Below, in pieces: positions 28,244-36,915 of a stretch of 64,000 bases of DNA (position 1 is its first letter; the number at the start of each line of letters is the position of its first letter). The notes under the pieces were generated by a model. The model had not been told where the DNA came from, searched no databases, and worked only from the letters and a program-made list of their open reading frames with translations. A program made the position numbers and the translations under genes. This DNA comes from Elusimicrobiota bacterium (GTDB lineage Bacteria; Elusimicrobiota; Elusimicrobia; UBA1565; UBA9628): the NCBI GenBank assembly GCA_035534315.1, contig DATLSD010000059.1, positions 5,369 through 69,368 on the forward strand, in the 5' to 3' direction.

Positions 28244-29176
28244 AACCCAAAGCGCCAAGCGCGGATCAGGCGCCAAAGTCTTGTCGTCCCAGGCGTAAGG
28301 CAAGCCGCGCAAAATCCCGACGATGTGGGTTTCGACGCCGCCGCGCGCCACGAGCTCCGGAACCACGAGAGCGCGGCCGCCGTTTTCATCCGCGCGCCGG
28401 ACCATATCCCTGAGGATTGCATCGGCCTTGGCCTTGACCGGAGGCGGGGCATCGTCCCGGATGGTGGCGGCCCACGCGGCTTTATAGCCGCCCGCGGCGC
28501 GGATTTTCCGGCACAGGCCGCGCATGGTCGCGAGCCACATTTTATTTTCGGCGTTGTCCACCGGACCGTGGCCGACCAGAATGACGGTTTCTTTGGAGGG
28601 CCGGCGCCGCGAGCCGGGAGGCAAGCAGTGCCGGGCCGCACAAGGAAATGATGTTGCGGCCCGGCGGCTCAATTCCTTGGCGCGATCGATGAGGATGTCC
28701 GCGACCAGCGGATCGTCGTCGAGCGCCCTGGTCATGACGATTTTAGCCCGCAGCACGACGCGCTTGTGGGGGTCGAAATCCATTCCGGCCATATATAGGA
28801 TGGCGGACGGGAGCTTTTTCATGGCCTGGATGAAAACCCTCGACGGCGCCGAGCTCAGGCGCAGCGCATATCTGGTCTGATCCATCACCGAAGAGTGAGA
28901 ATTGATGAAAAGCGGGACTACGGCGATTCTCTTTACTCCGCGGGCCTCCAAGCGGTCGACGGCGGCCTGCATGGCGTCGGGAGCGGCCATGCCGAAGGCG
29001 ACTTCGGCCGGGACGCGCGCGTTGACGGCTCGCCTGATGCCGGAAACCTGGGAATCCCACTCCTTGCCCGCGCCGTGGGCCAGGATTAGGATGCCGTAGG
29101 AGGGCGCGGAAGTCTCGGCGGGCTGCGCCGCGAAAGAGAAGGGCGCAAATATCAAAAGGAATAAAGAAAGGATCAT
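28208..29176 (-). CDS. secreted two-domain CbiX/SirB-like (class II chelatase fold) protein
   Basis: The start was moved to ATG 29176 (ATGA overlap with the hemA stop). Signal peptide MILSLFLLIFAPFSFAA is followed by two CbiX-like halves (ILILAHGAG... and VILVGHGPVD...). The upstream part of the 607-aa track ORF is an alternate frame over hemA. Confidence 0.65.
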   Translation of the reverse strand: MILSLFLLIFAPFSFAAQPAETSAPSYGILILAHGAGKEWDSQVSGIRRAVNARVPAEVAFGMAAPDAMQAAVDRLEARGVKRIAVVPLFINSHSSVMDQTRYALRLSSAPSRVFIQAMKKLPSAILYMAGMDFDPHKRVVLRAKIVMTRALDDDPLVADILIDRAKELSRRAATSFPCAARHCLPPGSRRRPSKETVILVGHGPVDNAENKMWLATMRGLCRKIRAAGGYKAAWAATIRDDAPPPVKAKADAILRDMVRRADENGGRALVVPELVARGGVETHIVGILRGLPYAWDDKTLAPDPRLALWVLKRARRAFARR

Positions 29177-30246
29177 GAGATTTCGGAGGATTCCTGAAGA
29201 TTGGAGTGCTTGAAGCTCGCCTCGCGGCCCGTGCCCAGGGATTTCTCCCACAGGCCGAACTCCCGGACTTTTTCCGCCACGATGCCGCGCGCGTGGTCGA
29301 GCTCCACGCCCCGCTTCTTCATGTTTTCGGCCACGACCGACTCCAGGTCCTCCAAACGGTAGACGTAGACGTGGTCGATGCCGTGCGCGGTTTCCTCGAC
29401 GTTCCGGGGCAGCGCGATGTCCAGGATGAAGAGCGAACGCCCTTGGCGAGCGCGGGCGGCCTGCCGGATCATGTCGCTGGTGAGAATGGGCCGTTCGGCG
29501 GAGGTGGACGCGATGACGATGTCCGCGCGCTCCAAGGCCGAGGGAAGTTCCTCCCAGGGGACGGCTTGGGCCAGGAACTGCGCCGCCAGCGCGCGGGCCT
29601 TTTCCCACGTCCGGTTGACCACGGTCAAGCGCAGTATTTTTTGGCTGATCAAGTGGCGCGCCGTGGTTTCGGCCATGGCTCCGGCGCCGACGATCAGGGC
29701 CGTGGCGCCCTGCAGCCCGCCGAAGATGGTGTGCGCCAGCTGCACGGAGACCGAGGCCACCGAGGTTTGCCCGATGGCGACGCCCGTTTCGCTCCGGACT
29801 TTCTTGCCCACGTAGAGAGCCCGCTGGAACAAGACGTTGAAGTATTTTCCGGTCATCCCCGCCGAGTGGGCCGCCTCGTAGGCGTCCTTGACCTGGCCCA
29901 GTATCTCGCTTTCCCCGACGACCAGGGAATCGAGCCCGGAGGAAACCTCGAAAAGGTGCTTGACGGCGTCCTCGCCGCCGAAGCGGTAGGCGTAGCGCGA
30001 GAGGGGAACCCCGGAGATTTGCTCGAGCCACGCCGTGATGCGGTTTTCCACGGTGTCCGTGCTTTCTCCGGCGGGCATGAAGTAGACTTCGAAGCGGTTG
30101 CAGGTGGAGAGAACGGCCGCTTCCTTGGTCCCGCCGGCCTTGATCCGTTTGGCTAGTTCCGAAGCGGAAAGGAGCGCCAATCGCTCCCGCACGTCCAAGG
30201 GCGCGCTCTTGTGATTCAATCCCAACAGGGCCAGGCTCTGTTCCAT
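29173..30246 (-). CDS. hemA: glutamyl-tRNA reductase
   Basis: 357-aa ORF with LGLNHKSAPLDVRE, catalytic Cys in STCNRFEVY, and the NADPH motif VGAGAMAE. It is shorter than the usual ~420 aa at the C-terminus. Confidence 0.9.
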   Translation of the reverse strand: MEQSLALLGLNHKSAPLDVRERLALLSASELAKRIKAGGTKEAAVLSTCNRFEVYFMPAGESTDTVENRITAWLEQISGVPLSRYAYRFGGEDAVKHLFEVSSGLDSLVVGESEILGQVKDAYEAAHSAGMTGKYFNVLFQRALYVGKKVRSETGVAIGQTSVASVSVQLAHTIFGGLQGATALIVGAGAMAETTARHLISQKILRLTVVNRTWEKARALAAQFLAQAVPWEELPSALERADIVIASTSAERPILTSDMIRQAARARQGRSLFILDIALPRNVEETAHGIDHVYVYRLEDLESVVAENMKKRGVELDHARGIVAEKVREFGLWEKSLGTGREASFKHSNLQESSEIS

Positions 30247-30271
30247 GGCTGCTCGGCCGCTCCTGCGAAGA

Positions 30272-31126
30272 TCAGCCTCCGCCGGAAAGATATCCGTGGA
30301 GCGGGCTCAGGAAGTTGACGCCCAGGAACGTGAAGAGCACGCAGGCGAACCCCAGCATGGAAACGTAGACCGCTTTCTTGCCGCGCAGGCCCTTGACGAA
30401 GCGCATGTGCAGGTAGCCGGCGTAGACCAACGCGGTGATGAGCGCCCAGGTCTCTTTCGGATCCCAGCCCCAGAAGCGGCCCCAGGCGCTGTAGGCCCAA
30501 ATGCCGCCCATGATGATGCCCACGGTGAGCACCGGGAAGGCCCAGACGATGATGCGGTAGTTGAGGTTGTCGAGCTCCTCGATGGAGGGCAGGCGGTAGC
30601 AAAGTTCGCCGGGCTTGCGGGATTTGATCTGACGCTCCTGAATGAGAAGCGCCACGCCCACGCCGAAGGCGTTGCCGAAGGCGGCGTAGGAGGTCATGAG
30701 AATCACCGGATGGATGTTGATCCAGTAGTTCTGCAGGGCCGGCACCAAGCCCTCGACGGCCGGATTGGCGAAGATGATGGCCGAGCCTGTGCCGATGACG
30801 GCCCAGGGAAGCACGAAGGCGCCCAGAATGCCCAGCTGGTGCCGGCTTTCGATGAGAAAAAACACCGCCACGGTGGCCAGCGACAGGAAGGAGAGCGCGC
30901 CGAAGAAGGAGTTGATGGGGAAGTAGTACCGGTTGTCCGGAATCTTCCAGAAATAATGCATGCCGAAGCCGAAGCTCGCGAGATGCAGCGCCAAGCCGGC
31001 GCCGACCAATCGGAACATCCAAGAGCTCCACTTGTCGTCTTTGTTGTACAGGTAGACGAAGGCCGCGGCCGTCGCCAGGGTGTAAAAGGCCAGCGCTCCT
31101 TTTAGGAAAACAACCTCGTAATTCAT
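30272..31126 (-). CDS. ccsA: cytochrome c biogenesis protein CcsA/ResC (System II)
   Basis: 284-aa polytopic ORF with the tryptophan-rich WWD motif (WGRFWGWDPKETWA). Confidence 0.9.
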   Translation of the reverse strand: MNYEVVFLKGALAFYTLATAAAFVYLYNKDDKWSSWMFRLVGAGLALHLASFGFGMHYFWKIPDNRYYFPINSFFGALSFLSLATVAVFFLIESRHQLGILGAFVLPWAVIGTGSAIIFANPAVEGLVPALQNYWINIHPVILMTSYAAFGNAFGVGVALLIQERQIKSRKPGELCYRLPSIEELDNLNYRIIVWAFPVLTVGIIMGGIWAYSAWGRFWGWDPKETWALITALVYAGYLHMRFVKGLRGKKAVYVSMLGFACVLFTFLGVNFLSPLHGYLSGGG

Positions 31127-31129
31127 CTT

Positions 31130-32641
31130 TTAAGGAACCTCCACGATCGGATTTTCCGTCAGTTGAAAATTGTCCTCGGATTTAAGCTCGGAGCGAAGCG
31201 ACTTGGCCAGGAGCCTGAACTCCGCCTCGTATTCCCGCGTCCCGCGCGAGCTCCACGCGCCCAGGCTGGTCCGGCAGGAATTTTCTCCGGCGGATTCCAG
31301 CAGCACCCAGACCCGGCGCCGGTGCATGTAAAAAAGCGCGATCATTCCCAGGAGCCACATGAGGGCGCCCAGGACGACGATGGGAAATCCCGGATCGTAA
31401 GCGACCTGGATGCCGGAAAACAAAATCGGATCGATGGCGGCGAGCTGGAAGGGCGGCGCCGGAGCGTGGGAGAGCTGGCCCTGGGCGTCCTCGGTAAAGC
31501 AGATGTCGGGATAGTTCTTGAGGAGCCAAAGCGGCGAGGTCTGGTGCGGCCCCACGCTGAACATCAGGCGCACCGCGGGGTTTTTTAAGTCCAAGGACGC
31601 CGTGTCGGCCTGCCCGTTGGTGACGGTGAAATTGGGGAGCATCATGTCCGCCTCGACGGTGAAGGGGGTCCCGGGAATCTTGACGGGCACCCGCTGCGGC
31701 AGCTTGAGCGTCTCCTTGCCCAGCTTCAAGGTGACGCTGCGGAACATGCCTCCGGCGCCCCAGGACGCCTGGTAGAAGCGCACGCCGTTGACGTCCAAGG
31801 GGTGGTTCACGCGGATGACCTTCTTGCCCAGAAGCTGGTCGCCGGACATCACCCGCGCGTCCGAGGCGAAGAGCTTGGGGTCCATGGTTCCGGGGTAATA
31901 TTCGATGGTGAACTTGTCCACGTAGACGTCGACGGGCTCCTTCATCGTCCAGGGATGGCCCCAGAAGAGCTGCTGTACTCGCTCGGAAAAAGAGCGCGGA
32001 TCAAAGAGCCGCTGCATGCGCCGGGAGCCGCCTTCCAGGACCGGCACCATTTCCACGAAGCCGAAGACGCTGCGGATGAGCGCGCCCACGAGGATGACGA
32101 CGAGCCCGATGTGGGCGAAATAGGAGCCCCAGCGCTGGATTCGGTGCCGGGTGCCGACGAAGGCGCCCGCCGTCCCGGGCAGGAAAAACTCCTCCTTGAC
32201 GGCGTAGCCCTCGCGCTTCAAGTGCCCCTGCGCCGCTTTCGAAGCCTCATTCAAGCCCAGCTTGGAGGTAAAGAAGGCCTGGAAGGGCTTAAGCTTCAAG
32301 GCGGCTTCCTTCTTATCCAGGTGCTTTTCCAAATCTTCCTCGTTGGTGAGCTCAGGCGGCAGGGAGACGACGCCGACGTCCGGAGGCTTGTTCCAAAGCT
32401 TGCAGAGCACGATGTCCACGGCCATCAAGGCCAGGATGCCCAGGAACCACCAACTGTGGTAGAGATCGAAAAGCCCGAAGAAGCTGAAAAACTTGGTCCA
32501 CAGCGGGTGCGCCTGCATGAAGGCGTTGGCTTTCTCCGGCTCCTGGCCGAGTTGGGGCAGGATGGTGCCCACGGCGGAGAAAAACGCGATAAGGGCGCCC
32601 AGGAAGATGTTAAATCGGATGGAGCGAAGGATGCGTGTCAT
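31130..32641 (-). CDS. ccsB: cytochrome c biogenesis protein CcsB/ResB (System II)
   Basis: 503-aa ORF with an N-terminal TM pair, a large soluble loop and C-terminal TM helices. It lies directly upstream of ccsA, which is the typical ResB layout. Confidence 0.85.
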   Translation of the reverse strand: MTRILRSIRFNIFLGALIAFFSAVGTILPQLGQEPEKANAFMQAHPLWTKFFSFFGLFDLYHSWWFLGILALMAVDIVLCKLWNKPPDVGVVSLPPELTNEEDLEKHLDKKEAALKLKPFQAFFTSKLGLNEASKAAQGHLKREGYAVKEEFFLPGTAGAFVGTRHRIQRWGSYFAHIGLVVILVGALIRSVFGFVEMVPVLEGGSRRMQRLFDPRSFSERVQQLFWGHPWTMKEPVDVYVDKFTIEYYPGTMDPKLFASDARVMSGDQLLGKKVIRVNHPLDVNGVRFYQASWGAGGMFRSVTLKLGKETLKLPQRVPVKIPGTPFTVEADMMLPNFTVTNGQADTASLDLKNPAVRLMFSVGPHQTSPLWLLKNYPDICFTEDAQGQLSHAPAPPFQLAAIDPILFSGIQVAYDPGFPIVVLGALMWLLGMIALFYMHRRRVWVLLESAGENSCRTSLGAWSSRGTREYEAEFRLLAKSLRSELKSEDNFQLTENPIVEVP

Positions 32642-32711
32642 CTAATGCGAAACTCTTAAGATATTCTACTCTTTTGAATCCGGTTTGTCCCGGTTCGCGC
32701 AAAAGCGGCCG

Positions 32712-34121
32712 CTAGGAAATCATGAAGCTCCAGGCGGCATAGCGCCCGGAGTGCGACAAGGAGACGCCCCAGTCCTGGACTTTGCCGCGCAGAAGCACTT
32801 TGGGGATGCCGCCCTCGTCCGCGAAGGCCAGCAGGGCGGGCGAGGGGATTTCATCGGAGGATTTGGCGATGAATTCCAGGCACTTGCCGCGGGCGAAGTC
32901 ATGGGCGTCTTGGCCCGCGGGAACTTCCGCGACTTCCCAAAGGACGTCTCCGGGCGTCTCGTCGTCTCCGATGAATCCGCCGCGCAGGACCGCGACGCAG
33001 TGGATTTTGTCCTCGTCTTCGTGGGTGAAGCGGATGTCGAAGCGCGCTCCGGTGGGAAGGTGGACGATTCTCTTTCGAAACAAATCGGCTTCCAGCATCC
33101 GGAAGGCTCCCGACGGCGTCTGGATGCCGGACTGGGCCAGCGCCTTGTGCGCGGCTTCCTTGGCCGCGATGAACTTGCACGCCTCGGCAAAGCGCGCGAA
33201 CCCCGGCGCGACGGCCTCCAGGGACTTCATTTCGCGCCCGGTCAGGTGCCGAGCCGCCCATTCGGGGTCCATCTCGCCGCTGGCCGCGTCGAAGTGCTCC
33301 GCGAGCGCCGGGGATTTGAGATCCAGGACGTCGTTGCCGCCGCAGTTTTTGGGCAGCGGGCTCGCCGCGAACCATTCTTCCTGCAGTTCGGCGAGTTCGT
33401 CGAAGAGCCGCTGGGCGACGGCGCGCGGCGCGGTTTCTCCCGGCAAGACGGCGGGGATGAGCCGGCCGTAGGAGCGAAACGTCTCGCCGCGCCGGGGCAT
33501 CGCCGTGGTGTAGAGCTGGCTTTCGCCGCGCACGTAGACGCAGAGAAACTTGGCGTCAGGGACCTCCAGGGCCAGGCGCCCCAGGAAATCCTTGGGCCGG
33601 TGGCGCTCCAGCCAGCCCGAGCGCGCGCGGCTCGCTTCCGGATACATGAAAACGGACTCGCCCCGCTTTAAGAGCCATTCGCACTTGGCGAAGACGTTTT
33701 TCCGCCAGCGCTCCGAGGCCTCGTCCTCGCCTTCGCGCAAAAACGGGATGCAGCGGCACAAGTACATCAGCGCGCGCACGGAGATTTTTTTGGGCCAAGA
33801 TCCCAGGTGGTAATAGTTGCGGTATTCCGGGGTGGACCAGGGAATCAGGCGCGTGCGGTGGAGCTTGCGCCAAGGCACCACGGCCGCGAAGACCAGGAAG
33901 GAGTCGATGAGGGTCAGGTGGTTGGCCGCCCAGAACAGAGGGCCGTCGTGGGCGTCGAGCTCCTTCCAGATTTTTTCCTGGAACTCGCGGGCGTTGGAGA
34001 AGCGGTAGCCAAAGCGCCAGCGAAAGACGACGCGGATGAAGGCGTAGAGAGGGTAGGTTGCGAGCAGCGAAAGCCAGCGCTGCAGCCGCAGGCTCGCGAC
34101 GTCCCAAACATCCAAAGTCAT
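32712..34121 (-). CDS. fusion protein: PlsC/LPLAT-type acyltransferase (N-terminal) plus 4'-phosphopantetheinyl transferase (C-terminal)
   Basis: The N-terminal half has acyltransferase motifs NHLTLID (HX4D) and FMYPEASRARSG (PEGTR-like). The C-terminal half has PPTase motifs GNDVLDL, FIAAKEAAHKAL and VSLSHSGRYAAW. Confidence 0.7.
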   Translation of the reverse strand: MTLDVWDVASLRLQRWLSLLATYPLYAFIRVVFRWRFGYRFSNAREFQEKIWKELDAHDGPLFWAANHLTLIDSFLVFAAVVPWRKLHRTRLIPWSTPEYRNYYHLGSWPKKISVRALMYLCRCIPFLREGEDEASERWRKNVFAKCEWLLKRGESVFMYPEASRARSGWLERHRPKDFLGRLALEVPDAKFLCVYVRGESQLYTTAMPRRGETFRSYGRLIPAVLPGETAPRAVAQRLFDELAELQEEWFAASPLPKNCGGNDVLDLKSPALAEHFDAASGEMDPEWAARHLTGREMKSLEAVAPGFARFAEACKFIAAKEAAHKALAQSGIQTPSGAFRMLEADLFRKRIVHLPTGARFDIRFTHEDEDKIHCVAVLRGGFIGDDETPGDVLWEVAEVPAGQDAHDFARGKCLEFIAKSSDEIPSPALLAFADEGGIPKVLLRGKVQDWGVSLSHSGRYAAWSFMIS

Positions 34122-34129
34122 TAGGTTTG

Positions 34130-34170
34130 GGACGTCCCGAACCTACGCATTTCCGATGTTCGGGACGTCC
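34130..34170 (-). other. intercistronic 13-bp perfect stem-loop 8 nt upstream of the acyltransferase-PPTase start codon
   Basis: GGACGTCCCGAAC (34130-34142) pairs with GTTCGGGACGTCC (34158-34170) across a 15-nt loop. No T-run follows on the coding (minus) strand. Confidence 0.5.
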
Positions 34171-34193
34171 TTGGACGAGAGCAAAGAGGCGGC

Positions 34194-35099
34194 TTAGGCC
34201 AGGGCGCGCTCGGCTTCCTGCAGGCTCTGGCGCACAATCGCCCGGATTTCCTCGATTTTGGCTTGAATCACGGGCGTGCGCTCGGCCGCTTCCCGGGCGA
34301 CCGCGCTCGAGACCGCGAGTTTTTGCGCGCTCATCCTAAGCCGGGTGCGCACCTCGGCTTCCTCGGCGCGCAAAGACGCCAGGCGCTCGGCGTCGTTGGT
34401 CGCGGAGACGCCCTTGATTTTGTCCTCGATGACGCTCAGCTCCTGGCGGAGGGAATCGTAGGCGGCCTTGTCGTTCTGGCTGATTTTCTGCCGGGACGCG
34501 GTGAAGGCTGCGGCGTCGCCGATGAGGGCCTCGTAAGCCTTAGCTTGATCGCACAAGGCCTTCAAGTTCGCCTTGGCCTCGTCTTTCTCCGGGCCGGCGA
34601 GCTTCTCGATGCGCGCGACGAGCTTCTTCAAGGCGTCGTTGGTCCGGTAGCCCTCGCCGACCGAGGTGACGTAGGCGAAGGAGACGACCTTGGACAAATA
34701 GGCTTCGTTCTTGGGCATGTGGCCCAGGTCCACGAGCATCTTGATGGAGAGGCCCGGCGTGGCCGCGGTGGCGTCCTGGCCTTCCAGGATGCGCAGCTTG
34801 CCCAGCTCTCCGTCCTCGAGCTTGAATTCGGAGCTTCCCTCGGAGAGCGGCACGCGCTTGGTCTTCTTGGTCAGGAACTGCCGCTCGATGGACATGGTGA
34901 TGTCGGCGAGGTTGGAGGATTCGATGCCCATGCCGATGATGTGGCCCAGAAACGGCGTGTTGGCGTCGGCCTGGGACCAGTTGGCCTCGTTGGTGGCGTA
35001 TTTCCTGACGCCGGCGATGATGCGCTTCTCCGCGTCTTCGGGGGTGATCGCGTTTAAATCCGTCGCTTCGATGGTCGCTTCCTTGCGTTTGAATGCCAT
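34194..35099 (-). CDS. hypothetical protein: ~170-aa N-terminal globular domain plus ~130-aa C-terminal coiled coil
   Basis: The start was moved to ATG 35099, which has a strong RBS (AAGGAGGAAGAC). The translation is protein-like with no motif I recognise. The C-terminus is heptad-like and rich in Ala, Glu, Lys and Arg. Confidence 0.7.
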   Translation of the reverse strand: MAFKRKEATIEATDLNAITPEDAEKRIIAGVRKYATNEANWSQADANTPFLGHIIGMGIESSNLADITMSIERQFLTKKTKRVPLSEGSSEFKLEDGELGKLRILEGQDATAATPGLSIKMLVDLGHMPKNEAYLSKVVSFAYVTSVGEGYRTNDALKKLVARIEKLAGPEKDEAKANLKALCDQAKAYEALIGDAAAFTASRQKISQNDKAAYDSLRQELSVIEDKIKGVSATNDAERLASLRAEEAEVRTRLRMSAQKLAVSSAVAREAAERTPVIQAKIEEIRAIVRQSLQEAERALA

Positions 35100-35109
35100 G
35101 TCTTCCTCC

Positions 35110-36417
35110 TTATTTCCCGTCCCAGCGCTTGAAAAGCAGGCAGCCGTTGACGTCTCCGAAGCCGAACGACGCCTTGATGACGTATTCCAGCCGGGCCTGC
35201 CGCGCTTGGCGCGGGATGCTGTTTCCAATTTTAGCAATTTGCGGGTGGATCTCGTCGCTGTTGATGGAGGGGTGAACGTAGCCGTTGGCCAGTTGATCGG
35301 CGGCCGCGACGCACTCAAGAGCTCCGGCCGCGCCCAGGCAGTGGCCGATCATGGACTTGGTCGACTGGATGAGCGGGAATTTCTCGGGCGGCAGCTCCAG
35401 GGCCTTCATCCAGCTCGCGATTTCGCGCGGGTCGGCCCCGGTCGAGGTGAGGTGCCCGTTGATGAGCGAAATTCGGTCCGGAGAAACGCCGGAATCCTCG
35501 ATGACGCGCCGGATGCAGCGCGTCACGCCGTCCGGGTTGGGGAAGGTCATGGTGCCGCCGTCTCTTTGCCCGCCCGAGTTGCAAAACGCGGAGATAAGCT
35601 CGCAGATGATTTCGGCGCCGCGCTTTTGCGCGGACTCAAGGGTCTCCAAGCGCAGTACGCCGGCGCCCCCCGCCGGCACGAAGCCGCAGGCGCCCGCGCC
35701 CATGGGCTGCGAGCCTTTTTCCGGAGCCTCGTTGAAGCGCGAGCAGAGCACGTCGCGCATGGCGTCGAAGCCCGCCCAGATGCCGAAGTGGGTGCCTTCC
35801 GCGCCGCCCGCGTACATGGACTCGGCAAATCCCATCTGGATGTGCTTCCAGGCCTCGAAAATCGCCTCGGTGCCGGTGTTGCAGGCGGAGCTGTTGGAAC
35901 TGGTCTGCCCGCCCAGGCCCAGGAAGCGCCCCACGGCCACGGAGACCGAACTGTTCATCACCTTGGGCACGATGTCCGCGCCCATGGGGATGGTGCCGCG
36001 GCCGGGCTCCTGCGCCTTGGCCTCGGCCATGACCGGAGCGAGCTCCTGGAAAATCGTGTCCATGCCGCCGATGCCGCAGCCCATGATGGCGCCGGAATTC
36101 CAGTCGACCGGGCTGTTCTGATAGTTTTTGGAGTCGAGCGAAGCGCCCGAGTTTTTCGCGCACTCGACCGCGGCCAGCACAGCGTAAATCATGGCCTCGC
36201 TCATCTTGTGGTAGTCGGCCTCGGGGAGGACCTTCAAGATGGCGTCCTCGTCGGTGGGGGGAATGCCGCCGATTTGGCAGGCGAAGTTGAGCTCCTTTAG
36301 CTCCTCGTGCCGGCTGATGCCGGACCGGCCGGCCTTCAAGGCCTCCCGGAACGCCGGAACGCCCACGCCGTTGGGCGCCACCGCGCCCAACCCCGTCACC
36401 ACCACTCTTTTTCTCAT
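35110..36417 (-). CDS. beta-ketoacyl-ACP synthase (KAS I/II, FabF/FabB-like)
   Basis: The start was moved to ATG 36417 (MRKRVVVTGLGAV), forming an ATGA overlap with the upstream dehydratase stop. The Cys-His-His triad context is present (SSACNTG, NGHLTSTGA, SMIGHCLGAAG). Confidence 0.9.
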   Translation of the reverse strand: MRKRVVVTGLGAVAPNGVGVPAFREALKAGRSGISRHEELKELNFACQIGGIPPTDEDAILKVLPEADYHKMSEAMIYAVLAAVECAKNSGASLDSKNYQNSPVDWNSGAIMGCGIGGMDTIFQELAPVMAEAKAQEPGRGTIPMGADIVPKVMNSSVSVAVGRFLGLGGQTSSNSSACNTGTEAIFEAWKHIQMGFAESMYAGGAEGTHFGIWAGFDAMRDVLCSRFNEAPEKGSQPMGAGACGFVPAGGAGVLRLETLESAQKRGAEIICELISAFCNSGGQRDGGTMTFPNPDGVTRCIRRVIEDSGVSPDRISLINGHLTSTGADPREIASWMKALELPPEKFPLIQSTKSMIGHCLGAAGALECVAAADQLANGYVHPSINSDEIHPQIAKIGNSIPRQARQARLEYVIKASFGFGDVNGCLLFKRWDGK

Positions 36418-36905
36418 TTTAGCGTCTCCAAATTTTTGGGCACCCAGAGGCCCGATGTCTTGCCGGAGAAAATCTCCTCGCCGTCCTTGGGTCCGCCCAT
36501 GAATTGAATCTCCACGTAGCTCACCAGCTTGTTGTTGCGGAAATATCCGTCCTCGCCGAAGGTCGCCTGGGCCGCCACCTTGTCGCCCGGCCGCACCATC
36601 TTCTTGAACGCGCCGTGCTCGACTTCGGTGAAAAATCCGACCAAGGTCTTGAACTCCTCCGGAGAGATCCTGCTGCTCAGGAGGTAAATGCACCAGGCCA
36701 CGTTGCCCGTCTGCGCCGCCATCTCGATGAGCTTGACGCCGGGCACCACGGGATTGCCCGGGAAATGCCCGGCGCAGTCCTCGTCCTTCCAGGTGTAAGC
36801 GGTGAGGATGTGCTCTTCGTCCAACTCCAGAATCTCGTCGACAAAGCGCATGGGCCTTTGCTGCGGCACCAAGGCCAGGACTTCCTGCGGCGTCAAAGCG
36901 TTCAT
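36414..36905 (-). CDS. FabZ/FabA-like hotdog 3-hydroxyacyl-ACP dehydratase
   Basis: 163-aa ORF with the motif HFPGNPVVPGVKLIEMAAQ and the lead-in RPMRFVDEILEL. Confidence 0.85.
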   Translation of the reverse strand: MNALTPQEVLALVPQQRPMRFVDEILELDEEHILTAYTWKDEDCAGHFPGNPVVPGVKLIEMAAQTGNVAWCIYLLSSRISPEEFKTLVGFFTEVEHGAFKKMVRPGDKVAAQATFGEDGYFRNNKLVSYVEIQFMGGPKDGEEIFSGKTSGLWVPKNLETLK

Positions 36906-36915
36906 AGCCGGACCT

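Noticed and set aside
29177-30031. N-terminal part of the 607-aa ORF 28208..30031
   Set aside because: This is an alternate frame over hemA with an Arg/Gly/Pro/His-rich translation. The real gene starts at ATG 29176 with a signal peptide.
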